A DNA stretch of 49,520 nt from an uncultured Pseudobdellovibrionaceae bacterium (GTDB lineage: Bacteria; Bdellovibrionota; Bdellovibrionia; Bdellovibrionales; UBA840): assembly GCA_964653235.1 (NCBI GenBank), contig CAZZCP010000009.1, positions 1 to 49,520 on the forward strand, read 5' to 3'. The stretch's first letter is position 1. Every line of letters begins with the position of its first letter. The position numbers were made by a program, and so were the translations under genes. Positions 1 to 9,945 of this stretch are shown here, in pieces. A model generated the notes under the pieces. The model was not told the DNA's origin, made no database searches, and worked only from the letters and a program-made list of their open reading frames with translations.

Positions 1-65
1 GTGATGACAATGCTCCGAGCGACAACTCTGGTGAAAGATTAAGAACAACGAATATTGAAAGCATT

Positions 66-935
66 GTGGCTAGCTCTAAAGGTGAAAATGCACAGGGCGA
101 GAAAATTTCTCAAGTTCGGGTTACAAACTCAAGAGATGAAGTGGTTTTTGATGAAGAAGTCATATTGATTGATAACCTGCTTCTACAACATCGAAAGTAT
201 TTTTTACTTATACACAAAGTCTACCTTGAAGACCAAAACGAAATTCAAGAACTTGGAAGAGACTTTCGAATACAGATAGATGCTTTCAACTCTGCCGGTA
301 TAAAACTCAATGTGCCCGAAGACATTGATAGTTTACAAGAAGATGCTATTTACAGCTCTGACAAGATTATAGCTCTTCGCTACAATGACTCTGAAAGTAA
401 GCCAAGAGTCTATATCACTACCTATCAAAATCGGGTTATTTTAGATCAAGAAGACAATCTTTTAAACATAGGATTGTTTCCTGATTACATTTACTATACT
501 ACTGAAACCAATGATGGCGTTAATTTTGTCGCGGTCAACTCTTCTTCTAAAGTAATTCTTGATGTTGAAGTTACAGGCCCTATTGATGATAGCATACAAG
601 CGAAGACCAATATTCTTTCTGTAAAAGAGAAGGTCGAGGGAGAAACCCAAATCCGAGTTTTAGATAAAGATGGAACCGAAATCTTAAAGCATATCGGTGA
701 GCCAACAAAATTTAGTTTGAGTGGCTCTATGGCCGTAGTTCAAGTAGATCGAGACGGAGCAACTTTTATTACTGCCTCAAGCTACAATGCAAAAATTCGA
801 CGCCAAGGTGATGAAGAAATTAAAACCTATATAATCTTAGAAGAGAAAGCCTATCCTCTTGGAACTACTTTTGAATTGGATGATTCGGGACTCAGAATCA
901 GCCATTCTTCAGGATTTGAGCTCTACGAACCTTGA
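66..935 (+). CDS. hypothetical protein; may be the 3' part of an ORF entering from upstream of the window
   Basis: 289-codon ORF from GTG 66. The same frame is stop-free back to base 3, so the true start may lie outside the window. No motif recognised. Confidence 0.5.
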   Translation: MASSKGENAQGEKISQVRVTNSRDEVVFDEEVILIDNLLLQHRKYFLLIHKVYLEDQNEIQELGRDFRIQIDAFNSAGIKLNVPEDIDSLQEDAIYSSDKIIALRYNDSESKPRVYITTYQNRVILDQEDNLLNIGLFPDYIYYTTETNDGVNFVAVNSSSKVILDVEVTGPIDDSIQAKTNILSVKEKVEGETQIRVLDKDGTEILKHIGEPTKFSLSGSMAVVQVDRDGATFITASSYNAKIRRQGDEEIKTYIILEEKAYPLGTTFELDDSGLRISHSSGFELYEP

Positions 936-998
936 GATAATTTTAACCCCTTTTAAGTCTTTATGCGTCATACATAAGGAAGCACGAAAGGGGAATTT

Positions 999-1628
999 AT
1001 GTTTTCAAGGCTCTTTATTATTTTATTGGCATTCACATTCTTAAGCGCATGTTCGGATGATGATCTCAGTCCTTTAGGTGAGACTCCTGGCACAACAGAC
1101 AATGGTCCTGGAGATCCCGATCTTCAAGATCCACCTGGAGATCAAACCGAGGATCCTCGCCCTGTATTAGCTGAAAGTATTATTATAGAGGCAAGCAAGT
1201 CCTACAATCCTTCTAATTGGAATGATGCAGAGATTCTTTTTGAAGATACGGTCTATGCTCGGCTTCCCGAATATGCTGATGTGCTACAAGGTCAATCTGG
1301 CAATCATTGGATCAGTGTTTACCTAGGTCATGTATCTGGTAAACAATGGACTTGTATTTATAAAGGCCTTGGCTCAAGAAGCAAAACTACAAATTGCCAG
1401 AACAATGGATCTCGTTATGAATTCTCTTATTGTGCCGAAAGCATCGACTATGCAGCTGAGGGCTGCGGGTCGAATCCTTTTCGTGATACCTGTAAACAGA
1501 GTATTGCTTTAAATCATGGCATGAGACTTCCTATCAATGATATTCAGGTCAGTGTGAACAATGGCGATCGTTGTGATACAACTGTCATAGAACTCGAAAT
1601 TACTGATTTAGAATATAAAAATCCATAA
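999..1628 (+). CDS. Cys-rich lipoprotein, tandem paralog A (unknown family)
   Basis: Signal peptide plus lipobox FLSAC. C-terminal domain shares QGQSGNHWISV, CIYKGxGSRxKT, NNGxRYxFSYC, GCxxNPFR, VSVNNGDxCxTT and DLEY with the next ORF. Confidence 0.7.
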   Translation: MFSRLFIILLAFTFLSACSDDDLSPLGETPGTTDNGPGDPDLQDPPGDQTEDPRPVLAESIIIEASKSYNPSNWNDAEILFEDTVYARLPEYADVLQGQSGNHWISVYLGHVSGKQWTCIYKGLGSRSKTTNCQNNGSRYEFSYCAESIDYAAEGCGSNPFRDTCKQSIALNHGMRLPINDIQVSVNNGDRCDTTVIELEITDLEYKNP

Positions 1629-1737
1629 GTGATTTCATGGTTTTAGTCTGTATCAATAAGATACAATTATCGACAATAACCAATATCATCTTTTTAACTC
1701 GTTCAGATCATATGTAGATTAAGACTAAAGTAATAGA

Positions 1738-2340
1738 ATGGAAGTAAGGGGTAATATGAAGCTTTCATTCTTTTTCTTTTTCATTGCATTTATTATTGCT
1801 TGCGGCGAAGAGGAGCAAGCACAAGACTTAGAGCTTCCACCAGTAAGTCCTCCACCGAATAACCCTGAGCCACTGCCCGTCTTAGATCAAGTTGTATCGA
1901 TCTATGCGCAAAAAGAGTATTCACCAAGCCGCTGGACAGATGCAGAGCTAGAGTTTGAGGCGCCGGTACGATTTCAATTGCCTACTCAGGTTTTTCTAAC
2001 ACAGGGACAATCAGGAAATCATTGGATCTCGGTGTTTCTGTTCTCTGAAAATGAAGAAGATCGAATTTGTATTTACAAGGGCAATGGCTCAAGAAACAAG
2101 ACTAGCCCTTGTGAAAACAACGGCGATCGCTATATTTTTTCTTACTGCACTTATGTCGAGGACTACGATGAACAAGGCTGTAATCAAAATCCCTTTCGTA
2201 GCGACTGCAAAGAGGATTTAGCACTTAACATTGATGACCGAATCTCAGCTTTAGGGCTAGAAGTGAGTGTTAATAATGGTGACTCTTGCGCCACCACCGA
2301 AGTGGAGTTCACACTTCGAGATTTAGAATATGAAAACTGA
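1738..2340 (+). CDS. Cys-rich lipoprotein, tandem paralog B (unknown family)
   Basis: Lipobox IIACG and the same conserved Cys-containing motifs as 999..1628. A more likely start is ATG 1756 (MKLSFFFF), preceded by AAGGGG. Confidence 0.7.
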   Translation: MEVRGNMKLSFFFFFIAFIIACGEEEQAQDLELPPVSPPPNNPEPLPVLDQVVSIYAQKEYSPSRWTDAELEFEAPVRFQLPTQVFLTQGQSGNHWISVFLFSENEEDRICIYKGNGSRNKTSPCENNGDRYIFSYCTYVEDYDEQGCNQNPFRSDCKEDLALNIDDRISALGLEVSVNNGDSCATTEVEFTLRDLEYEN

Positions 2341-2351
2341 GTTTAGGTCTA

Positions 2352-3497
2352 TTGAATTTAGCTAGGCTTTTACCGAATACATCTTATCGGGAGGCAAGCT
2401 TGAAGACCTGGATGCAAAAATTCTTAGATGGCTTAGAAATCAATTCAGATGATAACAAGGCTAAAGATAAGGTTGTCGAGCTTTCTGAAGATCGAGCCAC
2501 CCTTTTGTTTATGATTGATACCTATAGCAAGCATTTGATTGACCTTGATCAACACCCTCTTCGAAAAGTTCGTAGCACACTAGATCAATTCGCAAAAGAA
2601 TTGGTAAGTTCTGACCCAAAAGTTTTAGAGAGATCTTTGTTTCGCTTTCGTCAATTTTTCTCTAGCTACCGAATTGCAGAGTTTGCCTACATTGAAAAAA
2701 CAATGCTCGATTTTCGCAATATCATTTGGGATTTTGTGGAGCAAATGAGCGAAGATATCAAAGTAGATGAAGCCGAAGATTCTATTAAAGCCAGCTTTGT
2801 TCAGTTGAGAAATGCAGTGGAGTCAAACTCCATTGAAGATTTGAGAAACTCCTCTCGGCAATTTATTGACTCGTATATGGAACATCAATACCGAAGAGAT
2901 GCTCGCAAATCAGAAAAGCTCACTAGCTTTCAAAAAAATCTAAAAAGTGTGAAAAAACAATTGGTCGAAGCCAACGAGAGTATGAATAAAGACCATCTCA
3001 CCAAGGCCTTCAATCGCAAGAGCTTTGATGAACAAATCATGAATGAATGGAAGTTCTTTCAAGTCTCTAAAGAACCTGTGACTTTATTGATGCTCGATAT
3101 CGATCACTTCAAAAAGGTCAACGACAACTACGGTCATGCCACTGGTGATGCGATTTTGATTGAGTGTGTACGCCTGTTGCAAGAGAGTTTTGCTTTTGAA
3201 GGCAGTTTTGTCGCACGTGTTGGTGGTGAGGAGTTTGCAATTCTTCTTCATAACTGTGGAGTCAACAAAGCGGCACACCTTGGCAACAAGTGCCGCGAGA
3301 AGATTTCAAAAGAAGTCTATGTCGATGGCCAAGATCAGATTCGCTTTACCATTTCGATGGGCGTGGCTCAGCTTGAGGCCGAGGAGAGCATCGATGCCTG
3401 GATGAAGCGAGCCGATGAAGCTCTTTACTCATCTAAAAATACGGGACGCAATAAACTTACTATTGCAGAACACCGAGACCTTGAAATTGCTTCTTAA
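2352..3497 (+). CDS. GGDEF-domain diguanylate cyclase with an N-terminal helical domain
   Basis: C-terminal LMLDIDHFKKVNDNYGHATGD ... VARVGGEEFAILL ... ADEALYSSKNTGRN. Alternative starts are TTG 2400 (after GGGAGG) or ATG 2412. No RxxD I-site is visible 5 residues before GGEEF. Confidence 0.85.
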   Translation: MNLARLLPNTSYREASLKTWMQKFLDGLEINSDDNKAKDKVVELSEDRATLLFMIDTYSKHLIDLDQHPLRKVRSTLDQFAKELVSSDPKVLERSLFRFRQFFSSYRIAEFAYIEKTMLDFRNIIWDFVEQMSEDIKVDEAEDSIKASFVQLRNAVESNSIEDLRNSSRQFIDSYMEHQYRRDARKSEKLTSFQKNLKSVKKQLVEANESMNKDHLTKAFNRKSFDEQIMNEWKFFQVSKEPVTLLMLDIDHFKKVNDNYGHATGDAILIECVRLLQESFAFEGSFVARVGGEEFAILLHNCGVNKAAHLGNKCREKISKEVYVDGQDQIRFTISMGVAQLEAEESIDAWMKRADEALYSSKNTGRNKLTIAEHRDLEIAS

Positions 3498-3833
3498 ATT
3501 AACTGCTCATCAATGTACTCTTGCCTTTATAGAAGTTGTTAAAGTATCCGCATTTCCACCCGCCGAAAGCCCACCCTATTCTTCTAAACTGGAAATTCAG
3601 GAACTTTGCATTCCACTTTTTGAAGGTTAGAGCTTGTTGAACTTTCTTTTTCGATCAGGACCAGAATTTCTCAATTTGAGATTTTCGTGTCGAACTTGTC
3701 GACAAATGAAGCCATTCTGCCTTGATTTTAATTTCATCTGCAAGCTAGAGGCACATAAGTTGGTCTAATAGCTGCAATAAAAGATTCTACAAATTACGAG
3801 TACGTAATATCCCCAAACCACTAACAGGAGGTA

Positions 3834-4898
3834 TTGCGTAGGATGAGAAATTCATTCGCACTCTTAGTTTTATTCGTTGCTCAAACCAGCCTTGGAGCCA
3901 TTCAAGGAGATCTACTTTGGGAGAGTCAAAAACCTAAAACTCGCCTGAACTGGGCCCTCAAAAAAATCAAATCAGAACAAGCATGGAAAATCAGCGAAGG
4001 CAAAAAAGACATTGTCATTGCGGTTATCGATACCGGCATCGACACTGAACATCCTGATTTAAAAGAAAATCTTTGGTTCAATCCTGGTGAAATAGGCAGA
4101 GATAAAAACGGAAATGATAAATCATCAAACGGAATTGATGACGACAAAAATGGTTTTGTCGACGATATCCATGGATGGAACTTTGTTCGCAACAACAATG
4201 ATGTGAAAGACTATCACGGACATGGCACCCATGTATCTGGTATCATCGCAGGAAGAGGCATTAAAAACCCCGCCTTTCGCGGCGTTGCCCCCAATGTCAA
4301 GATCATGACTCTGAAGTACTATGACAAAAAAGGCGCAAAAGACAAATCGGTCGAATATACAATTCGCGCGATTCAATACGCTATTCAAATGAAGGTACAA
4401 ATCATCAACTACTCTGGAGGCGGTACGAGTCAAAGTTTCTCTGAAAAAATTGCCATTCAACAAGCGGCAAAGGCAGGAATTCTTTTTGTCGCCGCCGCTG
4501 GAAACAAGGGAGTAAACTCAGACCTAATGGGATTTTACCCTGCAGGTTATGCCCTTGATAACATCATCTCAGTGGGTGCAATGAATGAGCAGAATCAAAT
4601 TTTAAAATCGAGCAATTTCGGTGCAAGTGCTGTTGATATCGCAGCCCCTGGAGAACATATTCTCTCAACCCTACCAGGCGGAAAATATGGCTTCATGACA
4701 GGAACCTCTCAAGCGACAGCTTATGTAACAGGGGTTGCCGCTTTGATTCTATCTGTAAAACCCAATGCCAAGCGCCCTGACCAGCTCATTCGCCACATTC
4801 TCGCCACTGGCGATAAAGAACTCTCTCTCATAGGAAAAACCAAATCCTACTCTCGTCTCAATAGCCACAGAGCACTGGCTATGGAACTCAAGAATTAA
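3834..4898 (+). CDS. secreted subtilisin-like serine protease (peptidase S8)
   Basis: Signal peptide. Catalytic motifs VIDTGID (Asp), HGHGTHVSGIIAG (His), GTSQATAYVTGVAAL (Ser), plus an Asp-rich insert IDDDKNGFVDDIHGWNF. Alternative start ATG 3843. Confidence 0.9.
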   Translation: MRRMRNSFALLVLFVAQTSLGAIQGDLLWESQKPKTRLNWALKKIKSEQAWKISEGKKDIVIAVIDTGIDTEHPDLKENLWFNPGEIGRDKNGNDKSSNGIDDDKNGFVDDIHGWNFVRNNNDVKDYHGHGTHVSGIIAGRGIKNPAFRGVAPNVKIMTLKYYDKKGAKDKSVEYTIRAIQYAIQMKVQIINYSGGGTSQSFSEKIAIQQAAKAGILFVAAAGNKGVNSDLMGFYPAGYALDNIISVGAMNEQNQILKSSNFGASAVDIAAPGEHILSTLPGGKYGFMTGTSQATAYVTGVAALILSVKPNAKRPDQLIRHILATGDKELSLIGKTKSYSRLNSHRALAMELKN

Positions 4899-5497
4899 TT
4901 CTTCTTGTTCCAACACATATTGTGCTTCGCATGTTTCTCTTTTGTTACTAAATATTTCTGATTGTGAACGTTCGCATGAACCGCAGTACTTAAAACCTCA
5001 AGAATCTCAATTTGATTTTCTTTGAGTTGCTCTACCTTATCGGGATTATTGGTGAGGATTCGAATTTTTGTTGCCTGCAAAACTTTTAACATCTCGGCAG
5101 CAACTTTGTAGTTTCTCAAGTCTTTCGCAAATCCTAGTTCTTCGTTAGCTTCAAAAGTATCTTTTCCTTCGGCCTGTAAAGCATAGGCATCTAATTTATT
5201 ATAGAGACCTATTCCCCTACCCTCTTGCCTTAGATACAATAGGTAGCCCCCCTCTTTTTGAATTCTCTTTATCGACTCATCCAATTGGTAACCGCAATCA
5301 CATTTGAGCGATCGAAAAACATCCCCAGTTAGACATTCAGAATGAATTCGCACTAATGGAGTATCGGTTTTAGGGCCAAGTCCAATGGCAATATGTTCTT
5401 TCTCATCACTTAAATGATGAAAACTAAAGAACTGTGCATTTTCTGAGATCTTATCTAAAGGGATTTCAACCAGATTTCTAAGACTTGGATTTGCCAT
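4895..5497 (-). CDS. ribA: GTP cyclohydrolase II
   Basis: RIHSECLTGDVFRSLKCDCGYQL, YLRQEGRGIGLYNKLDAYALQ and ILTNNPDK are RibA signatures. The stop codon overlaps the convergent S8 protease stop by 4 nt. Confidence 0.9.
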   Translation of the reverse strand: MANPSLRNLVEIPLDKISENAQFFSFHHLSDEKEHIAIGLGPKTDTPLVRIHSECLTGDVFRSLKCDCGYQLDESIKRIQKEGGYLLYLRQEGRGIGLYNKLDAYALQAEGKDTFEANEELGFAKDLRNYKVAAEMLKVLQATKIRILTNNPDKVEQLKENQIEILEVLSTAVHANVHNQKYLVTKEKHAKHNMCWNKKN

Positions 5498-5526
5498 ATA
5501 ATGATACTATCTATAATCTACCACGT

Positions 5527-5712
5527 ATGGAAGAAGAAGTTTTTTTTCAATGCCCCTACTGCTGGTCAGACATTTCAATGCTTTTTGACTCCTCGGTCAA
5601 AGAACAAACTTATATTGAAGACTGTGAGGTCTGCTGCCGTCCGATTGAAGTGCACTATCATGTAGTAGAAGAAAAAGTAGAATTGGTCGATATAAACCAA
5701 GCACAAGATTAG
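5527..5712 (+). CDS. CPXCG-motif cysteine-rich small protein
   Basis: FFQCPYCWSDISMLFD...YIEDCEVCCRPIEV matches the CPxCG...EDCxVCCxPI pattern. ATG 5527 is preferred over TTG 5485, which would overlap ribA. Confidence 0.7.
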   Translation: MEEEVFFQCPYCWSDISMLFDSSVKEQTYIEDCEVCCRPIEVHYHVVEEKVELVDINQAQD

Positions 5713-5784
5713 TTTTCAGAAAGTGGAATCCACTCATCTTCATCCAATGTTTTACCAAATAAAAAAATTAAAAATCGATTTCAA

Positions 5785-8700
5785 CTAAGGGGTGATCTCA
5801 TAGATCGTTCCATTGGCTTTACGATCGGTAAAAACCAATTTACCATCAGATCGAATTCCGATATCAGTGATACTCAGGTTATCGATACCACCTAAATCTA
5901 AACTGTCTACTGTATCATCAGAAAGATCACCAACTACTCCCGAACCCAAGTGATAACGATAAATGTTAGAGTCACCAGTAACATAGTAGATATAACCGCT
6001 TGTGGCATTGCTATTGATATTCGTAGTTAGGGCAAAGCTGCGAAGACCTGAAATTGTGTCTGTTACATCGTGAATGGTCCAAGTGCTTGGGTCGGATGGA
6101 TTGACTCTTTTGATTATGCGAATACGTTCATCGGCATGAACAAAAATTTCACCCGATGCTGTGGCACTTAGGTTTTCTTTCATTTGTCCAGTGATGGCGG
6201 CAAAATGAAAAGATTGTGATGATTGTCCTGTAGCTAATATTGGCGATCCAGCTGGGGCACCAGATACCCCTGCAACATGTTCTACATTGCCCACAGCCCC
6301 AGTTGCCGGATTGTAGGAAAATCTTTTGATAAAGATATCGGCGGTACCACTACAGCCGTCTGGATCAAAAACAGTGTTTGCATAGCCTGAGAGATAAATA
6401 TAGCCATCAGTATGATGCAAACCTCTTTGGTAATTGGCATACCAATTTAGCTCACGCGGCCAATTGGCAAGATTCGCTGCAACTCCATCTGTAGGTGAAA
6501 TATTGCAAATTGAATCATTACCAATAATTTGTTGAGAGCCTCCGTCATGAAAGTGGTGATGGCGACTAAAAGTTGAAATAAAACCACCTGCAGTTGAAGG
6601 AAACAAAAGACTTGAGGTTGGATTGCGAGAATACATCACGCCGAAGCTTGTGAGTGAGTCAATGATCTCAGTTACGGAGTCAATCACCCGCATTTCTCCC
6701 GACCAACTCCAACAGCAGCTAACTCCCTTCGGAACATAGAGATTGTCGGCATCAGGAGCATTCGCATGTCCAACAAGAACATGTCCAGGATCATTTAGAT
6801 GAGCTTCGGCAGCAGGACCTGTATCGCCAGAATCAGCTAAGACTCCTGCAATAATGGCAACAGTACTCGAATCATCTTGCGGCATGCCCCAATTGTGCGC
6901 ACCTGTAAAAAACGTTGGATTGGCGATCAATTGTTTGATTTGCCCATTTGAATAATAGTAAAGATCTCCAGTCAATGGATCTTCATCGTAAATTCCCACA
7001 GCAACTGTAGAAACACTATTATTGAAATATCGATAGTAGGTGATACCAAAAACTTGCTTTTGGTCTGGAAAATCTTGGAACTCTAAAGTTCCAGTAGCTC
7101 TTCGGTAAATGATATATCGAATATTACAACCTGATACATTTCCATTCTTTGGGCAATTGTCTCCAAAATATACATCTCCGTTTTGATGAACAGCAAACCT
7201 CTGCCATCTTGAGCCACTGCAAGAGCTTTTAGCATCATTCGGGTGAAAAGAATAGCAATCATCCGTTGTTCCTGAGGCTGGTGAACCATTAAAGGCAACG
7301 TGGGTTACTGTGCTGCCATCATAATAATAAAGATTGTTGCTATTCTCAAAATATAAGCGACCGGGCTGATTTCGCCAAGCCTGAATGGTTCGACAAGGAT
7401 TGCTTAGAAACAAATCCCATACTTCTGTATTTTCGTTCCAAGTGAAAATTCCATTTTGATTGCAACCATAGACCACGCCAAAGTTATCACGATCTACTGT
7501 GCGAACAGGGTTTCCTCCCGCAAGAGGAGCAAGTTCAATCACGCCCGTTGCACCATCTATGGTCCGCAAACCTTGGTTAAAATCTCCTAGAAAAATACGG
7601 TTGGTCTGCGGATTTCTTACAAGATTTGCCAATGACCCTTGAAAGATTTGCTTGGTATTGAGCATTGTAAAGCGAGCTGAAATTCCGTTGGCATCACTCA
7701 CTCCCCCTGCGAGAACTCGAAGATTGCTGAGATTATAAATAGAACTGGTTTTTTGTACCGAGTTACCAGCGGCATCTCTAGCTGTTATTTTGAAAATGAC
7801 ACCTTTACCAGAAACACTGCCCGGTACAGAACTCCAATTATATGATAGGGTCTCAGTAGTCATATTACTGCTATTTGTATGTGGTGTTAGAGAGGAGGAA
7901 AGTAGATTCCATGTTTGTTTGTTGTCTATTGAATATTCGAGTTGAACTGAATTGCTCGGCATAGCTGATTCATTGTCGTGTACATGTATACTTAAAGTAA
8001 ATGGATCTGTAATTGCACTTCCTGCAGATGGTCCTAAGAAAGCAACTTGCGGAGGAGTGCCGCTGTCGAGCTGTATACTTAAGTTGGTTGAGGCTAAATT
8101 GCCGGCATCATCACGAGCATAGAAATAGATTGTATGAGTTCCTTGAGTGATACCCATAGTAAAGGGAAGGTTGGATTGAAATGGAATCCAGTTTGCAGGA
8201 TTAGGGGTAGTTAAACCATCCGTAGCCTGAATCTCTAAATTGGTATCAAAGTTGTCTGCAACATTTGAAAGCAAGTTCACAAATGCCGTACCAACGGGAC
8301 TCGTTTGCTGAAAAGCGACACTATTTATAATCGGGGCAGTGGTATCGAGCCGAACTGTCACGTTTGAAGAAATTGATGAGATATTTCCTGCTGAATCTTT
8401 AACCCAAAGACTAATTCTTCGATCTCCTTCGGCACCAGAAAGAGTGAAGCTATGAGCTTGATTGTTGGCGTTTGTACAATCAATCGTATAGGCCGAATCG
8501 AGTAAGGGGGGTAGATCAGCCCCAGCGGCATCACTCTCTACAATGGCCATCTTTTCAAAACTTCGGCAGTTCAGCGGACGAGCATCTAAGAGGGCTCCAG
8601 TTACAATTTGCAACGAAATATCGGTATCATTGGTGTAAGTATCAGATAAAAGTTGAAGACTTGGAGCATTGGCAGGAACCAAATCATAGACATTTATATT

Positions 8701-9570
8701 AAAAGACCTTTGAGCATAAGGCTTTGAGGTATCAATCTTACCTTCACCATCATCATTGCCAACAAAAACTTGCAATGTATATGGCCCTTGAGCATTTGCA
8801 TTGGGGGTGAAAGTAAAACTAGGTGAATTTGAAATTTCATTGCCGTTGAGTCTCCAACTTATAGCAATATTGTAACTCAATGACCAATGGCTTGTTAGAA
8901 CACTAAGACTATGACTTTGTTCTTCGCCAAAAGAATTCGGTAGAATTATTTTTCGAATCTGCGGAGCTGAATTCATCAAACGACTGGGCTCGATTCCAAA
9001 CATATCACGAAATCGAGATCGTAATGAACTAGATGAAGTAAAAGTTGAAAAAGCAGCTGTCAATGAATCTGTATCTTCAATTGCATCGTAGATTTCAGCA
9101 AGACTACTGGCATCTTTTGATCGAAGGTTTTCACTCGATTCTGAGTTTCTTAGATAACTCAAAATACTGTTTCCCTTAGAGAGTTTTTGTTCACTCTCAC
9201 CTGTTACAAATCTTTCATAATAATCTGTGCTACAGTTTAGATAAACGAGATAATTCACCTTTTTAAACGAGTTCTGATTTAAACCATAAGCATTTAAACC
9301 AGTAAAAAGATAGCTACCATCTGCTTTGAGAGGAGTGGAGGCAATCAAATCACTTTTATTGCCAAAATCATCAATTGCATAAAGATAAACATTTTCTCCG
9401 GTGCAAGAAGAAGACTTTTGCAAGCTCGCAGAAAAAAATTCTACAACACTACCTGAAAGACTCAAGGACTCATCGCCATTGAATTCGAGTTTCTTATTAC
9501 CACAAGAAACCAAGGCTAGACTTATTATTAAGACCAATATCTTACGAAATTCGTAAATAACGTTCATCAT
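5785..9570 (-). CDS. giant surface lipoprotein with Ig-like repeats and a probable C-terminal beta-propeller
   Basis: Lipobox LALVSCGN. Repeated Ig-like segments carry DxAGN motifs (VKDSAGN, ARDDAGN, ARDAAGN). The C-terminal ~600 aa is rich in Gly, Asn and Tyr. No exact family assigned. Confidence 0.75.
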   Translation of the reverse strand: MMNVIYEFRKILVLIISLALVSCGNKKLEFNGDESLSLSGSVVEFFSASLQKSSSCTGENVYLYAIDDFGNKSDLIASTPLKADGSYLFTGLNAYGLNQNSFKKVNYLVYLNCSTDYYERFVTGESEQKLSKGNSILSYLRNSESSENLRSKDASSLAEIYDAIEDTDSLTAAFSTFTSSSSLRSRFRDMFGIEPSRLMNSAPQIRKIILPNSFGEEQSHSLSVLTSHWSLSYNIAISWRLNGNEISNSPSFTFTPNANAQGPYTLQVFVGNDDGEGKIDTSKPYAQRSFNINVYDLVPANAPSLQLLSDTYTNDTDISLQIVTGALLDARPLNCRSFEKMAIVESDAAGADLPPLLDSAYTIDCTNANNQAHSFTLSGAEGDRRISLWVKDSAGNISSISSNVTVRLDTTAPIINSVAFQQTSPVGTAFVNLLSNVADNFDTNLEIQATDGLTTPNPANWIPFQSNLPFTMGITQGTHTIYFYARDDAGNLASTNLSIQLDSGTPPQVAFLGPSAGSAITDPFTLSIHVHDNESAMPSNSVQLEYSIDNKQTWNLLSSSLTPHTNSSNMTTETLSYNWSSVPGSVSGKGVIFKITARDAAGNSVQKTSSIYNLSNLRVLAGGVSDANGISARFTMLNTKQIFQGSLANLVRNPQTNRIFLGDFNQGLRTIDGATGVIELAPLAGGNPVRTVDRDNFGVVYGCNQNGIFTWNENTEVWDLFLSNPCRTIQAWRNQPGRLYFENSNNLYYYDGSTVTHVAFNGSPASGTTDDCYSFHPNDAKSSCSGSRWQRFAVHQNGDVYFGDNCPKNGNVSGCNIRYIIYRRATGTLEFQDFPDQKQVFGITYYRYFNNSVSTVAVGIYDEDPLTGDLYYYSNGQIKQLIANPTFFTGAHNWGMPQDDSSTVAIIAGVLADSGDTGPAAEAHLNDPGHVLVGHANAPDADNLYVPKGVSCCWSWSGEMRVIDSVTEIIDSLTSFGVMYSRNPTSSLLFPSTAGGFISTFSRHHHFHDGGSQQIIGNDSICNISPTDGVAANLANWPRELNWYANYQRGLHHTDGYIYLSGYANTVFDPDGCSGTADIFIKRFSYNPATGAVGNVEHVAGVSGAPAGSPILATGQSSQSFHFAAITGQMKENLSATASGEIFVHADERIRIIKRVNPSDPSTWTIHDVTDTISGLRSFALTTNINSNATSGYIYYVTGDSNIYRYHLGSGVVGDLSDDTVDSLDLGGIDNLSITDIGIRSDGKLVFTDRKANGTIYEITP

Positions 9571-9721
9571 ATCTCTATTCGGTTATTTAGAGGCTGCACT
9601 TTAGTCGCAATAGAAAGATTCTCAGACTGAGTCAAAAGCAATCAGTACTTGGCTAACAATAGCTAAGCCTTTAAAATATTTATGTTTTTCAGTGAAATCA
9701 TAAAACTTTACAGAAAAAAAC

Positions 9722-9749
9722 TTGATCTTCAATAGCGGATACGTATTAT
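9722..9749 (+). promoter_or_regulatory. candidate sigma70-type promoter for tRNA-His
   Basis: TTGATC (9722-9727), a 16-nt spacer, then TATTAT (9744-9749), about 18 nt before the tRNA 5' end. Confidence 0.3.
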
Positions 9750-9766
9750 TAGAAGCCAAATTCGAT

Positions 9767-9843
9767 GGCGGCCGTAGCTCAGTTGGTAGAGCCCCGGATT
9801 GTGATTCCGGTTGTCGCGGGTTCAAGCCCCGTCGGTCGCCCCA
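9767..9843 (+). tRNA. tRNA-His (anticodon GTG) with encoded G-1 and CCA
   Basis: Cloverleaf folded by hand: extra 5' G (G-1) opposite discriminator C; acceptor GCGGCCG/CGGTCGC; D-arm GCTCAGTTGGTAGAGC; anticodon arm CCGGA-TTGTGAT-TCCGG; T-arm GCGGG-TTCAAGC-CCCGT; 3' CCA encoded. Confidence 0.95.
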
Positions 9844-9883
9844 TTTAACCCGCTACATTTTTAATCAAATTTAAAGGCTGCTA

Positions 9884-9921
9884 GTTACCAGACCTCTTTG
9901 GTAACATTGGCAACCAATTTT
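9884..9921 (+). terminator. possible terminator after tRNA-His
   Basis: Hairpin GTTACCA-gacctctt-TGGTAAC, then a small TTGG-caa-CCAA hairpin followed by TTTT. The stems are weak. Confidence 0.25.
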
Positions 9922-9945
9922 AAAAAAGAAAAAAACCTATCGGTT

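Noticed and set aside
3688-3704. Inverted repeat TGTCGA-acttg-TCGACA upstream of the first S8 protease
   Set aside because: This is a 6-bp palindrome about 130 bp from the start codon with no partner regulator in the window. It is too short to distinguish from chance.
4895-4898. 4-nt overlap of the convergent stop codons of the S8 protease and ribA (TTAA core)
   Set aside because: The overlap is real in the sequence, but it is a common compaction feature with no further implication.
5498-5526. Looked for an FMN riboswitch upstream of ribA
   Set aside because: Only 29 bp separate ribA from the divergent CPXCG gene, which is too little room for an RFN element, and no conserved RFN motifs are present.
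9622-9825. 67-aa minus-strand ORF from the track
   Set aside because: It runs antisense through tRNA-His and its promoter region. The tRNA cloverleaf explains the sequence, so I treat the ORF as spurious.
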